From contig NC_086109.1 of the NCBI RefSeq assembly GCF_963921235.1, forward strand, positions 12,276,001 through 12,340,000: a stretch of DNA of 64,000 nucleotides. The letters run 5' to 3'. The notes below the pieces were generated by a model. It saw only the letters and a program-made list of their open reading frames with translations. It was not told where the DNA came from and searched no databases. Both the position numbers and the translations under genes were made by a program. Each line of letters begins with the position of its first letter. The first letter of the stretch is position 1. Shown here in pieces: positions 10,817 to 23,132 of the stretch. This stretch comes from Mobula hypostoma (Eukaryota).

Positions 10817-11497
10817 CTGAAAAGTGGAGAGAAAAAAACACTAGTTCCGTTATTTGTAGGAACATAGAACCGAGAGCAGTACAGCACAGTACAACTCCAT
10901 CGGCCCACAGTGTTGTGCTAATCTAATGCCATGATCAGTCTAGTCCTTCCCTCCTACACAGCACATGATCCTCTATTTTCATACATATATGTGGATGTAT
11001 ATCTAGTAGTCTCGAAATGTCCTTATTGTATCAGCCTCTACCACTGTGCATGCAGTGTGTTCCAGGAACTCACCACTCTTTGTGTAAAAAACTTACCTCT
11101 TACATCTCCCCCTAAACTTTCTTCCACTCACCTTAAATGGATGTCCTCTTGTATTGGTCATTGTCACCATGAGAAAGAAGTGCTGCCTGTCCACTCAATC
11201 TATGCCTGAAACACCTCTTCAACATCACTCTATCAAATTACCTCCCACCCTCCTATGCTCCAAAGAGAAAATCCTGGCTCACTTAACACTTACTTTTCCT
11301 CATAAGATATGTTCTCTGATCAAGGAAGCATCTTGGTGAACCTCCACTGCACCCTCTCTAAAGCTTCCACAACCTTCAGACAATGAGGCAATCAGAACTG
11401 AACTAACTTCTCCAAGTGTGATTGAACCAGAGTTGTGCAGAGTGTAGCATTACCTTGTGCCTCATGAACTCAATACCTCGACTAGTGAAGTCCAGCA

Positions 11498-12776
11498 TGT
11501 CTGACGAGTCTCATAGAATTTTTTGAGGATGTAACTAACAGAGTGGATAGGGGAGAACCAGTGGATGTGGCATATTTGGATTTTCAAAAGGCTTTTGATA
11601 AGGTTCCACACGGGAGATTAGTGTGCAAACTTAAAGCACACGGTATTGGGGGTATGGTATTGATGTGGATAGAGAATTGGTTGGCAGACAGGAAGGAAAG
11701 AGTGGGAATAAATAGGACCTTTTCAGAATGGCAGGCATTGACTAGTGGGGTACCGCAAGGCTCCGTGCTGGGAGCTCAGTTGTTTACAATATATATTAAT
11801 GACTTAGACGAGGGAATTAAATGCAGTGTCTCCAAGTTTGTGGATGACATGAAGCTGGGCGGCAGTGTTAGCTGTGAGGAGGATGCTAAGAGGATGCAGG
11901 GTGACTTGGATAGGTTAGGTGAGTGGGCAAATTCATGGCAGATGCAATTTAATGTGGATAAATGTGAGGTTATCCACTTTGGTGGCAAAAACAGGAAAAC
12001 AGATTATTATCTGAACGGTGGCCGATTAAGAAAAGGGGAGGTGCAACGAGACTTGGGTGTCATTGTACGCCAGTTATTGAAAGTGGGCATGCAGGTACAG
12101 CAGTCAATGAAAAAGGCCAATGGTATGCTGGCATTCATAGCAAGAGGATTCGAGTACAGGAGCAGGGAGGTACTACTGCAGTTGTACAAGGCCTTGGTAA
12201 GACCACACCTGGAGTATTGTGTGCAGTTTTGCTCCCCTAATCTGAGGAAAGACATTCTTGCCATAGAGGGAGTACAAATAAGGTTCACCAGATTGATTCC
12301 TGGGATGGCAGGACTTTCATATGATGAAAGTCTGGATCGGCTAGGCTTATATTCGTTGGAATTTAGAAGATTGAAGGGGGATCTTATTGAAACGTATAAA
12401 ATCCTAAAGGGATTGGACAGGCTAGATGCAGGAAGATTGTTCCTGATGTTGGGTAAGTCCAGAACGAGGGGTCACAGTTTGAGGATAAAGGGGAAGCCTT
12501 TTTGGACCGAGATTAGGAAAAACTTCATTCACACAGAGAGTGGTGAATCTGTGAAATTCTCTGCCATAGGAAACAGTTGAGACCAGTTCATTGGCTATAT
12601 TTAAGAGGGAGTTAGATATAGCCCTTGTGGCTAAAGGGATCAGGGGGTATGGAGAGAAGGCAGGTACAGGGTTCTGAGTTGGATGATCAGCCATGATCAT
12701 ACTGAATGGTGGTGCAGGCCCAAAGGGCCAAATGGCCTACTCCTGCACCTCTTTTCTATGTTTCTATGTTTCTATG
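11498..12776 (+). mobile_element. Relatively young 5'-truncated CR1 nested in an older minus-strand CR1
   Basis: 345-aa ORF 11543-12580 with YLDFQKAFDKVPH, GVPQGSVLG, FVDD and RPHLEYCVQF. (ttctatgt)n tail. Confidence 0.96.
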
Positions 12777-13053
12777 CACTTGCTTTAACACCTTTTAAAC
12801 TTGTGCAGTAACTTTGAAGAATCTATGGACTTGCACCTTAATATCCCACTGTACCTCCACATTGCTCAGAATCCTGCCATTAACCTTGTAGTCTGCCTTC
12901 AAGTTTGATAATAAAAAGTGTGTCATTTCACATTTTTCAGTGTTAAACTCCATCGACCACTTCTCCACCCATCCTGCCTTAACCCTGTTGTAAAGGCTCT
13001 GTACCATCCACAGCACCGACAAACTTTGTGTCATATGCAAACGTATGTACATA

Positions 13054-13445
13054 TGGAACTGTGCAAAAGTTGTAGGCGTATGTAAAAATATTCTGTAAAG
13101 TAGAGATACTATCAAAAATAATGAAATGTGAAGTTTATAAATATCAAATATTTACTGTAAAGAGCAGTAAATAGTAATAAAAAAATCAAATCAATATTTG
13201 GTGTGATGATCCTTTGTCTTTAAAACTGCAACCATTCTCTTAGGTGCATTATTGTGTAGTTTTATAAGAAAATTGTCTGGTAGGTTGCCACAGTTCTTCT
13301 CCAGACTTTGACTGCCACACTTGCTTCTGATTCTCCAGGTAATCCCAGACAGCCTCAGTGATGTTGAGATCATGGCTCTGTGGAGGTCATACCATCTGAA
13401 ACCATATAAAAACTCTTGTGTGTCTAAAACCTTTGCACAGTATTG
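13054..13445 (-). mobile_element. Internally deleted Tc1-like DNA transposon
   Basis: TIRs actgtgcaaaagt / acctttgcacagtattg, ending at TA. Minus strand encodes the transposase C-terminus PQSHDLNITEAVWDYLE...KRMVAVLKTKDHHTKY. Confidence 0.88.
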
Positions 13446-13735
13446 TACACTGGACTTTTAAATTAAGTAACATTACAGAGGTTTGTTCATATGTCGAACA
13501 CAAGTCAGGAATTCAAAACCTGGGAATGAACTGTATTGTCTTTTATCTTAAATATCACATCTCCCACCAGATCTGCTTTCTACACTGACACTCTTCCACT
13601 TTTAACCCAGATTTAAGGAGGGGTCCCTGACCTGAAACTGGATTCAATGAAAGGTCCCTGTTATGGTGTGTAGCCCTTCAGTCACGTCTCCATAGAAAGC
13701 TTTGGGCTATTGTGCTGGAAGATTGAGTTTACATA

Positions 13736-13983
13736 CAGTAATCTGCAAAAGTCTTCGGCACATGTAGAATAATTCACTATAATGAAGATGCTTTCAAAAA
13801 TAATGAAGTGAAAAGTTTTTAAATATAAAAAACATACTATAAAGAGCAGCAAATAGCAAAAAGCTAAATCAAATCAACATTAAGTGTGACCACACTTTGC
13901 CTTTAAAACTGCATCAATACTCTTAGGTACACTGTCGTGAGGTTGTATGAGAAAATTGTCTGGTTGGTTGTTCCAAGCATCTC
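13736..13983 (-). mobile_element. One-ended Tc1 remnant (paralog at 21466-21672)
   Basis: ta|cagtaatctgcaaaagtc TIR followed by sequence homologous to 13054-13280. Confidence 0.8.
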
Positions 13984-15496
13984 AAGACCATAAGACCATA
14001 AGATACAGGAGCAGAAGTAGGCCATTTGGCCAATCAAGTCTGCTCCACCATTCAATAATGGGCTGATCCAATTCTTCCAATCATGCCCTCTCCCCTGCTT
14101 TCACCCCATACCCTTTGATGCCCTGGCTAATCAAGAACCTATCTATCTCTGCCTTGAATACACCCAATGACTTGGCCTCCACAGCCACTCGTGGCAACAA
14201 TTTACACAGATTTACCACCCTCTGACTGAAGTGATTTCTCCGCATCTCTGTTCTTTACTTGTCTTACCAAACAGAATATAGAGAAGTAACAATGGATGCT
14301 ACACATTGACCCATTTCTCCAGTCTTTCCTGCATTGCACCATCAATTCTTGAAAACTTCTCAACAACCATGGTGCAGTATGCCGATGAGAAAAAGTGCAG
14401 AGATACAAAACATATTCAGCAAAGCTGTTTTGTTTCAGCAAATAGATCACTGAACAGCAATAACAATTTGGTGAAGAAAAGTAAAAAGGCCTTTTATGAT
14501 TGTTTTTAATGCTAATCCCAGTCCTGTGCATAACTGTAAATGCAATGGTGGGATATTAAAATATTTTCCATTTGGTTATTGAGATGATATCTAAGAACTG
14601 AAGCTTTATAAGGCATTAGTCAGACCACACTTGGAATATAGTGAACAATTTTAGGCCTCTTATGTATTAAAGGACGTGCTATAATTGGAGAGGGTCCCAG
14701 GAGTGAAAGGGTCAATGTATGAGGAGTGTTTGATGGTCTGGGCTTGTACTCACTGGCGTTTAGAAGAATGAGGGGAGTTGTCAATAGTGAAGGCCCAAAA
14801 CCTGGATGGCGTGTATGTGGTTAGGATGTTCCCTGAAATGTTGGTGTTTCAGAGCAGAGGGCAAAGCCTCAGAATAAAAGACATCCCTTTATAACAAGGG
14901 TGAGAAGGAATTAATTTAGCCAGAGGATGCTGAATCTGTGGAATTCATTGCCACAGACAGCTGTGGAGGCCAAGTCATTGTGTATATTTGAAATGGAGTT
15001 TGATAGGTTTTTGATTCGTAAGTGTGTCAAAAGTTACGAGCTGAATGTGGTTGAAGGTGGTAATAAAATAGCCGTTATAGAATGGCAGAGCAGACTGAAT
15101 GGACTGAATGGCCTAATACTACTCCTATGTCATTTTGTTTTACGGTCTTCTGGTCTTATTGGCTTAAGAGATGGAATAATGCAGGAAGAGGCTGGTACAA
15201 TTTGTTTACATGAGGCATCCATCAGCTCTTCCCTAAATTCTGTTTCGTAAGAGAAGTAAAAAGAATACAAGTTCCAAGCATCTCCTTTGTAATTTGCTTT
15301 GGGATGTTCTTGGAAAGGGACAGGGTACTTTCAGAATCAGGCTACTTTCATTGTCTTCTGATGTGAAATGTCTTTTTTTGCAGCAGAAAAAACAAAGCAA
15401 GTTTGTTCTCTCAGACCATTAAGGAGCTCAGGATTAACAGGTTGAGATCTGCAAGTCTGACCAGTGCATCTCCAGATAATCAACAGCCTTCAGGTA

Positions 15497-15836
15497 ACAC
15501 TGGGTATAGACAGAGTGAATGCAAGCAGGCTTTTTCCACTGAGGCAAGGGGAGAAAAAAACCAGAGGACATGGGTTAAGGGTGAGGGGGGGAAAGTTTAA
15601 AGGGAACATTGGGGGGGCTTCTTCACACAGAGAGTGGTGGGAGTATGGAATAAGCTGCCAGACGAGGTGGTAAATGCAGGTTCTTTGGACAGATACATGG
15701 ATGGGAGGTGTATGGAGGGATATGGTCCGTGTGCAGGTCAGTGGGACTGGGCAGAAAATGGTTCGGCACAGCCAAGAAGGACCAAAAGGCCTGTTTCTGT
15801 GCTGCAGTTTTTCTATGGTTTCTATGGTTTCTATGT
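15497..15836 (+). mobile_element. CR1 3' fragment inserted into a duplicon module
   Basis: RVNASRLFPL..TRGHGLRVRG and (tctatggtt)n tail. Absent from paralogs at about 9640 and 43990. Confidence 0.9.
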
Positions 15837-16099
15837 AACAAACTCCAAACAGAGTCTGGTGTTACTGCTTCACATCCTCACACAGCAGGTGAAGAGGCCA
15901 TTTAGCCATTGTGTTAAATCCTAATCCCAATCCTGTGCATACGTGTAAATACAATGGGGGTATTTTAAAATGTTTTCCTCCCTTATCCTGTCATATTCTT
16001 CCTTGTCAGTGAGGCATTTCAAATTTCAAAGTTCAAATTAAGTTGATTATCAAAGTATGGTACATAAAGTGCAGTTCACTTCTGTCATTTTCAAGACCC

Positions 16100-16318
16100 T
16101 TTATTGTACATTCATGGGTTACAGTCACAGATCAGTACTGAGAAAAGTTACACCTTCTATTTGCAGATTCACACCCTGATGACCAATGCAAGCTGCTATA
16201 ATTTGCATCTCACTCATTTTAGTCAGCACCCAACTTTTATTTCCATAGCTCATTGTCCTTTAAGACCTTTGTACAGTGACTGGAAATGTTCATGCTGTGT
16301 CTCTTTCTCATTCCATTT
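16100..16318 (-). pseudogene. Candidate terminal exon, copy 2
   Basis: Acceptor cattttacag. Phase-0 reading KWNEKETQHEHFQSLYKGLKGQ*. AATAAA at 16100-16105. Confidence 0.35.
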
Positions 16319-16574
16319 CTGTAAAATGTGTTATGAAAGGTCAGTGATCATGCACATTATCAAATTTCAAAATATACATGGTAAATTTATTATCAAAGTA
16401 TGCTAATGTCACCATATCTATCTTCCCCTGACATTCATTTTCTTGCAGGCATTCATAGTAGGACCAAGAAATACAACAGATTCAATGAAAGAGGACACAC
16501 AAATATGGATAAACAAATGACGTATAGAGAAAGACAAACTGTGTGAATACAGTAAATAAATAAATATATGATAG

Positions 16575-17805
16575 ATCATAAGACGATAAGTCAAAGGAGA
16601 CATTCAGTTCATTGAGTCTGCTCCACCATTCCATCATGTCTGATCCCGGATCCCACATCCCACCCAACCCCACACACCTGCCTTCTTGCCAAATCCTTTC
16701 ATGCCCTGACCAATCAGGAAACTCTCAACTTCCACCTTAAATATAACCATGAATTTGCTTCCACCACAGTCTGTGGTAGAGCATTCCACAGATTAACTGC
16801 TCTCCGGCGAAAAAAAAATTCTTCCTTACGTCTGACCTAAAGGGTCACACCTCAGTTTTGAGGCTGTTCCCTGTACATATGGTTACACCCACCCCATGGG
16901 AAATATCCTTTCCTCTTCCACCCTTCGTCCTTTCAGCATTCAATTGGTTTCTGTGAGATCCCCACACATTCTTCTGAATTCCAGTGAGTACAGGTGCAAA
17001 GCGGCCAAACACTTCTCCTCTGTTAACCCCTTCATTCCCGAAATCATCCTTGTGAACCACCTCTAGACTCTCTCCAATGACAACACATACTTTCTGAGAC
17101 ATGGGACCCAAACTGTTAACAATACCTGAAGTGTGACCCGACTAAAGGCTCAGCATTATCTCCTTGCTTTTATATTCGAATCCCCTCGATATAAATGTCA
17201 ACATTGCGTTTTCCTTCTTTACCACAGACTCAACCTGTAAATTAACCTTCTGGGAGTCTTGCATACGGACTCCTTAGCCCCTCTGATGTTTGAAACTTCT
17301 CCCCATTTAGATAGTAGTTTGCCCTATTGTTACTTTTCCAAAATGCATTATCATACATTTCCTAACATTGTATTCCACCTGCCATTGTTTTCCCCATTCT
17401 TCCAATTTGTCTGAGTCCTGCTGTAATCACGTTGCTTCCTCAGCACGACCTTCCCCTCCACCTATCTTCATACCATCCACATACAAAGCCAGCAATTGCA
17501 TTATCTAAATCATTGATGATAAACAATGTGAACAGCAGTGGTCCTAATACTGACCCCTGACAAACACCACGAGTCACCGGCAGCCAACCAGAAAAGGCCC
17601 CTTTTATTCGCACTTGCTGCCTCCTGCCTGTCAGCCATTTAGCTATCCATGCCAGCATCTTAACTGTAACGCCACAGGATTTTACCTTGTTAATCAGCCT
17701 CATGAGTGGCATCTTAGCAAATGCTCTCTGAAAATCCAAATAAATGACATCCACTACCTCTCCTTTGTCCACCCTCACAGAAACCTTGTCAGGCAAGATT
17801 TTCCT
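16575..17805 (-). mobile_element. CR1 LINE, degenerate RT and 3' UTR
   Basis: ORF 17440-17796 has VIYLDFQRAF..GVCQGSVLGPLLF. Confidence 0.9.
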
Positions 17806-18204
17806 TCACTGAATGGTGGTAAGCACACAATTATCACTGAATATGTTATCCATACCTTCACGGTATTGTAATGGTAGGCATCAAGTACATTTAAAACTGG
17901 GACAAAAGAGTTATTCTGAAAAGTGGAGAGAATGTAAAGCAGTTCTGCTATTTGTAGGAACATAGAACTGTACAGCACAGTTTGGGGCCTTCGGCCCACA
18001 ATTTTGTGCCAATCTGTACTCCATGATCAATCTAATCCTTCCATCCTACAAAGCCTGTAACAGTCTGTTTACATACATAAATGTATGTGCCAATCTAAGA
18101 GCCTCTAAATGTCCATACTGTATCAGCCTCTGCCACCATGCCAGGAGTGCGTCCCACAACTCAGCACACTCTGTCTAAAAAAACTTGCATCTTACATCTC
18201 CCCT

Positions 18205-18875
18205 AGGACATAGGACACTCAAAGCTGCTGCACAGGTTGACTCAGATTAAGAAGGCATATGGTTCATTGGCCATCATCAAACATGGGACTGAGTTGGAGA
18301 GCTGAGGGGTAATGTTACAGGACCCTGGTCAGACCCCACTTGGAGTACTGTGCTCAGTTCTGGTCACCTCACTACAGGAAGGATGTGGAAACTATAGAAA
18401 GGGTGCAGAGGAGTTTTACAAGGATGTTGCCTGGATTGGGGAGCATGCGTTATGAGAATAGTTTGAGTGAACTTGGCCTTTTCTCCTTGGAGCGGCATAG
18501 GATGAGAGGTGACCTGACAGAGGTGTATAAGATGATGAGTGGCATTAATAGTGTGAATTATCAGAGGCTTTTGCCCAGGGCTGAAATAGTTAACATGAGA
18601 GGGCACAGTTTGACGGGACTTGGAAATAGGTACAGAGGAGCTGTCAGGGTAAGTTTTTAACGCAGAGTCCTGAAAGCGTGGAATGGGCTGCCAGCAACGC
18701 TGGTGCAGGGAGTTATAATAGGGTCTTCTAAGAGACTCCTGGATAGGTACATGGAGCTTCGGAAAATAGAGGGCTATGGGTAACTCTCGGTAATTTCTAA
18801 AGTACATACATGTTCGGTACAGCATTGTGGGCAGAAGGGCCTGTATTGTGCTGTAGGTTTTCTATGTTCTATGTC
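18205..18875 (+). mobile_element. CR1 3' fragment nested in an older CR1
   Basis: LEYCAQFWSPHYRKDVETIERVQR and (ttctatg)n tail. Confidence 0.92.
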
Positions 18876-19413
18876 TAAACTTCCCTCCTCTCACCTTAAA
18901 TGAATGTCCTCTGGTATTGGTTATTGTCACCATGAGAAAGAAGTGCTGCCTGTCCACTTAATCTATGCCTTATACACCTCTTCAACATCACTCTACCAAG
19001 TTACCTCTCACCCTCCTTTGCTCCAAAGAGAAAATCACTGGCCCACTCAACATTTACTTTTCCTCGTAAGACATGTTCTCTGATCCAGGCAGCATCTTGG
19101 TGAACCTCCTCTGCACCCTCTCTACAGCTTCCACAACCTTCTAACGATGAGGCAAACAGAACTGAACTAAATTCTCCAAGTGTGATTGAAGCAGAGCTTT
19201 ACGGAGCTGTAATGTTACCTTGTGGCTCACTCTTGTTCTTATGTAGAAGTGTCCACACGTCAGGAATTCTCAACTTGGGAATGAACTCTGCAGTCTTTTA
19301 TCCTACACGTCACTCCTCCCACCAGATCTGCATTCTAAACTGACACTCTTCCACTTTGAACCCAGGTCTGAGGAGTGGTCCCTGACCTGAAACTGGGTTC
19401 GATGGAAGGTCCC

Positions 19414-19636
19414 TGTTATGTTTTGTGGCTCCAAACTGTAAAGAACTTCAACGGAATAAAGGAGAACTAAGAAATGTGAATCTTAGTTTGTATTTTTAAT
19501 TTAAGTGAAGTGTGCACATATCATGTGGTAGTTTCCTGAAATATGCAATTCACGTCTTTTATTTATAAACCGTAATGAATTATTGCAACAAACAAGAATG
19601 CCTAATCAATATTTACAATATTATTCAAATATTACA
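19414..19636. mobile_element. Probable LTR remnant
   Basis: tgttatg...aatattaca termini. AT-rich segment absent from paralogous modules at about 13670 and 24420. Confidence 0.4.
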
Positions 19637-19639
19637 CCG

Positions 19640-20620
19640 GCCATGCTGCACCTAGTATATATCAACAGTTTCGAGCCCATATCCCAGAAAGGATGTGTTG
19701 TCATTGGAGACAGACCAGAGTAGTTTCTCAAGAATGATTTTGGGAGTGAAGGGGTTAATATATGAGAAGCATTCTGCAAGTTAGACCTGTACTCAATGGA
19801 ACTTAAAACAATGCATGGGGCTCTCATTGAAACCGACCGAATGTCGAAGGGACTAGATAGGGTGGATGTGGAGAGGGTGTTTCCTATGGTGGGGTTATCT
19901 ATAACTGAAGGGCATAACCTCAAAATCGAGGGTTGTCCTTTTCGAACAGAGGTAAGGAGGAATTCCTTTTACCTAGAGAGTAGTGAATCTGTGGAATTTG
20001 CTGCCACGGACAGCAGTGGAGGCCAAGTCCGTGGGTATATTTAAGGCGGATTTTGAAAGGTTCCTGATCAGTCAAGGCATCAAAGGATATGACAGGAAGG
20101 CAGATGTATGGGGTTGAGTGGGATCTGGGATCAGCCATGATGGAATGGCAAAGCAGACTCGATGGGCTGAATGGCCTAATTCTGCTCCTATGTCTTATGG
20201 ACTTATGGTGTTATCTCTTCTTTAGCAGAGTACCAAATCTGAACACAATACTCCAGGTGTCATGTCACCAATTGTTTTGTACAACTGAAACATCACGTTC
20301 CAACTTCTCTATTCTGACTTATGCCTAAAGTCTTTTTCACTACCCTGTCTACCTCTGACTACACTTTCCAGGAACCATGTACTGTACCTGAATTCAAAGA
20401 TCCTATCGTTCTTTAACACTTCCTAGGGCCTGACCAAGCTCCATGAAAGTCTTACTTGATTTGATCTTGGAAATGGAAAACTCAGCACATTTCTGAACTG
20501 AACTCTTTTTGCTATTCCATAGCCCAAATAGCCAGCTGATCAAGATCCTGTGTAGTTCTTCAAAATTCTGTTTCCTATCTGAAAAGCTACCTGTCTGAGT
20601 GTCATCTGCAAATGATATAT
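19640..20620. mobile_element. Two CR1 fragments, tail to tail (+ 19640-20200, - 20210-20620)
   Basis: KGLDRVDVERVFP and a 3' UTR on the plus strand. Degenerate CR1 RT on the minus strand. Confidence 0.75.
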
Positions 20621-22379
20621 TTTTTTCATTGAACCTTTGGTCAAACCAACAGCTTGTTACATTCTGCTAATTGCTCTAGCAGCAATCTGTGATTCAGTGT
20701 TGTCACGTACCCCGTGACGGGTTAAAGAACCAGCAGAAATGGAAAACACCTTGGAGTCTGGTATTGCTGTTAACTAACACTATTTTATTAGTAACTACGC
20801 AAGTAGCTGCTCCCTTCTCTCTCTGTAGGAACTCAGAAGCTGGCAGTGTCCTTGCAGAATTCCCAAACAAACTGTGAGCAGTCTTCACCTCTCTCTCAAT
20901 AACAAGTGGTTTGTGCTGTACAACTGCACGCCCTCTCTCTATTTTTTAAAAGCACAGTCCATTATGAATAACTCAGGACAGTGTACATCAGTGAATATCA
21001 CAGCAAGGGGAAGCAGTATCTTGGGGTTTGGTAAATACACAAGCATAACTCATTTCAGAGTATGGGATGAGATTAATGATGGAGCAGTCATGGAGAATAC
21101 AGCATGACAATCCTTTCAGTGTAGAAAATGAATCTAATGTTCTAAGAATAAACATGATAAGAAGAAACTAGGACTTGCTCTTCTTGGAGCATAAGGGGTT
21201 AAGAGTGGATATGATTGAGGGGTGTAATATTATGAGATGTACAGGTTGGATGGACGACAAGAAACTTTCCCATTCTGAGAGATGATTAGAGGTGACATAG
21301 ATTGTCAGAGATGACATAGATTTGGAAGGGATTTGAATGAATTATTTTTACCCAGAGAGTTGTGGAAACAGAGTCAATTCAGTGCTTGTGAGGTGCAGAA
21401 TGACATCTTCAGTCACATCTACATAGAAGGCTTTGGACCATGTGTGGGAAGATAGGGTTTATATACAGTGCTGTGTAAATGTCTTTAGCACATGTAAAAT
21501 AATGCTGTAAGATGAAGATGCTTTCAAAAATAATGAAAAGAGAAGTTTCTAAATATCAAAAAAATTCTATAAAGAGCAGAAATAGTAAAAAAACTAAATA
21601 ATTTCAATATTGGGTATGACAACACGTTGCCTTTAAATCTGCATCAATTCGCTTAAGTACACTGTTGGAAAGGTGTCCAAAGGAGATTCCAGGGAAAGAT
21701 CCAGCAATGAAAGGGTTAATGTACGAGGAACGTTTGATGGCTGTTGACCTGTACTCACTGGAGTTTAGAAGAATGGTGGAGGTGAGGGTAGGGGTTTTCA
21801 TTAATTCTCTCGTATAGTGAAGGGCCAAGAACCTAGGTGGAGTGTATGTGGAGAGGATGTTTCCCATGGTGGGAGATTTCCTGACCAGAGGGTGCTGATT
21901 CTTTGGATTTCATTGTCACAGAAGCTGTGGAGGACAGATCATTGGATATATTTAAAGTGGGGTTTGATAGGATTCTGATTAGTAAGTGTGTCAAAGGTTA
22001 TGGGGAAAACAGGGTAGAGGGGGGTAATAATTCAGCCATAATAGAATGAGGAACAGACTCAATGGGCTGAATGGATTCAGGTTTAACAGGTCCAGATTCA
22101 CAAGTGGGACCACTGCATCTCGAATTACCTCCGGCTCATCAACATCCATCAGATAACCCTGAGCTGAAGATGTAATGAGCTCCAAACAGACTCTGGCGTT
22201 ACTGCTTCACATCCTCACATAACAGCTGAAGGATATCATGTGATATTCCTCTTTGTCAGTGAGGCATTTCAAAGTTTAAAATTCAAATTAAATTTATTAC
22301 TAAACATGTGCATGTCAGCATATACTACCCTGGTTATAATGACAATCATGCAGTTCACCTTCTCTCATTTGCAAGACCC

Positions 22380-22602
22380 TTTATTGTACACTCATGGGTT
22401 ACAGCCACAGATCAGTACTGTACTGAGAAAAGTCACGCCTTCTGTTTGCAAATTCACACCTTGATGACCGATGCAAGTTGCAATAATTAGCAGCTCACAC
22501 ATTTTACTCAGCCGCCAAGTTCATTTCCTTTGTTTGTTCTCCTTTAAGATCTTTGTACAGTGACTGGAAATATTCATGATGTGTCTCTTTCTCACTCCAT
22601 TT
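22380..22602 (-). pseudogene. Candidate terminal exon, copy 3
   Basis: Acceptor catcttgtag. Phase-0 reading KWSEKETHHEYFQSLYKDLKGEQTKEMNLAAE*. AATAAA at 22380-22385. Confidence 0.35.
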
Positions 22603-22972
22603 CTACAAGATGTATTTTGAAATGTCCGTAATCAAACACCTTTTCAAATTTCAACGTATATGTGCTAAATTTGTTATCAAAGTCCATTTAGGTCGACATA
22701 TACAACCCTGAGATTCATTTTCTTACAGTAGGTCAAAGAAATACAAAAGATCAAATACAATTCACAGTAGATCAAAGAAATATAATAGAATCAATGAAAA
22801 ATGACACACATATATGCACAAACAAACAATTTGCAAAGGAAGACAAAATGTGAAAATACAATCAATCAATCAATTGATAAACAAGCAAACAAACAAACAA
22901 ATAAAGAAATAAATAACACTGAGAATATGAATTGTAGAATCCTTGAAAGTGAATCTATAGGCTGTGTTCAGT

Positions 22973-23132
22973 CGACGTTTCAGGCTGAGACCCTTGGTCA
23001 GTCCTGACGAAGGGTCTCGGCCTGAAACGTCGACTGTACCTCTTCCTAGAGATGCTGCCTGGCCTGCTGCGTTCACCAGCAACTTTGATGTGTGTTGCTT
23101 GAATTTCCAGCATCTGCAGAATTCCTGTTGTT
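22973..23132 (+). mobile_element. Penelope-derived short element with an inverted 5' end and a hammerhead motif
   Basis: 13-bp TSD ggctgtgttcagt (22960-22972 / 23133-23145). Internal palindrome. Related copies at about 24435-24580, 47283-47383 and 62128-62235 (-). Confidence 0.85.
22999..23036 (+). ncRNA. Minimal type I hammerhead ribozyme (PLE type)
   Basis: CAGTC-CTGACGA-AGG gtctcgg CCT-GAAAC-GTC|GACTG. All core nucleotides intact, 5-bp helix I, GUC cleavage site after 23031. Confidence 0.8.

Noticed and set aside
13510-13590. Possible 60-nt exon in the repeated module (also about 19275 and 24280)
   Set aside because: The acceptor lacks a polypyrimidine tract, the donors are not conserved, and I chose the boundaries after the fact.
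14202-14531. 109-aa minus-strand ORF between a plausible acceptor and donor
   Set aside because: No recognisable domain. The frame is not shared with the 8.5-kb paralog, which has indels, a stop and an LTR insertion.
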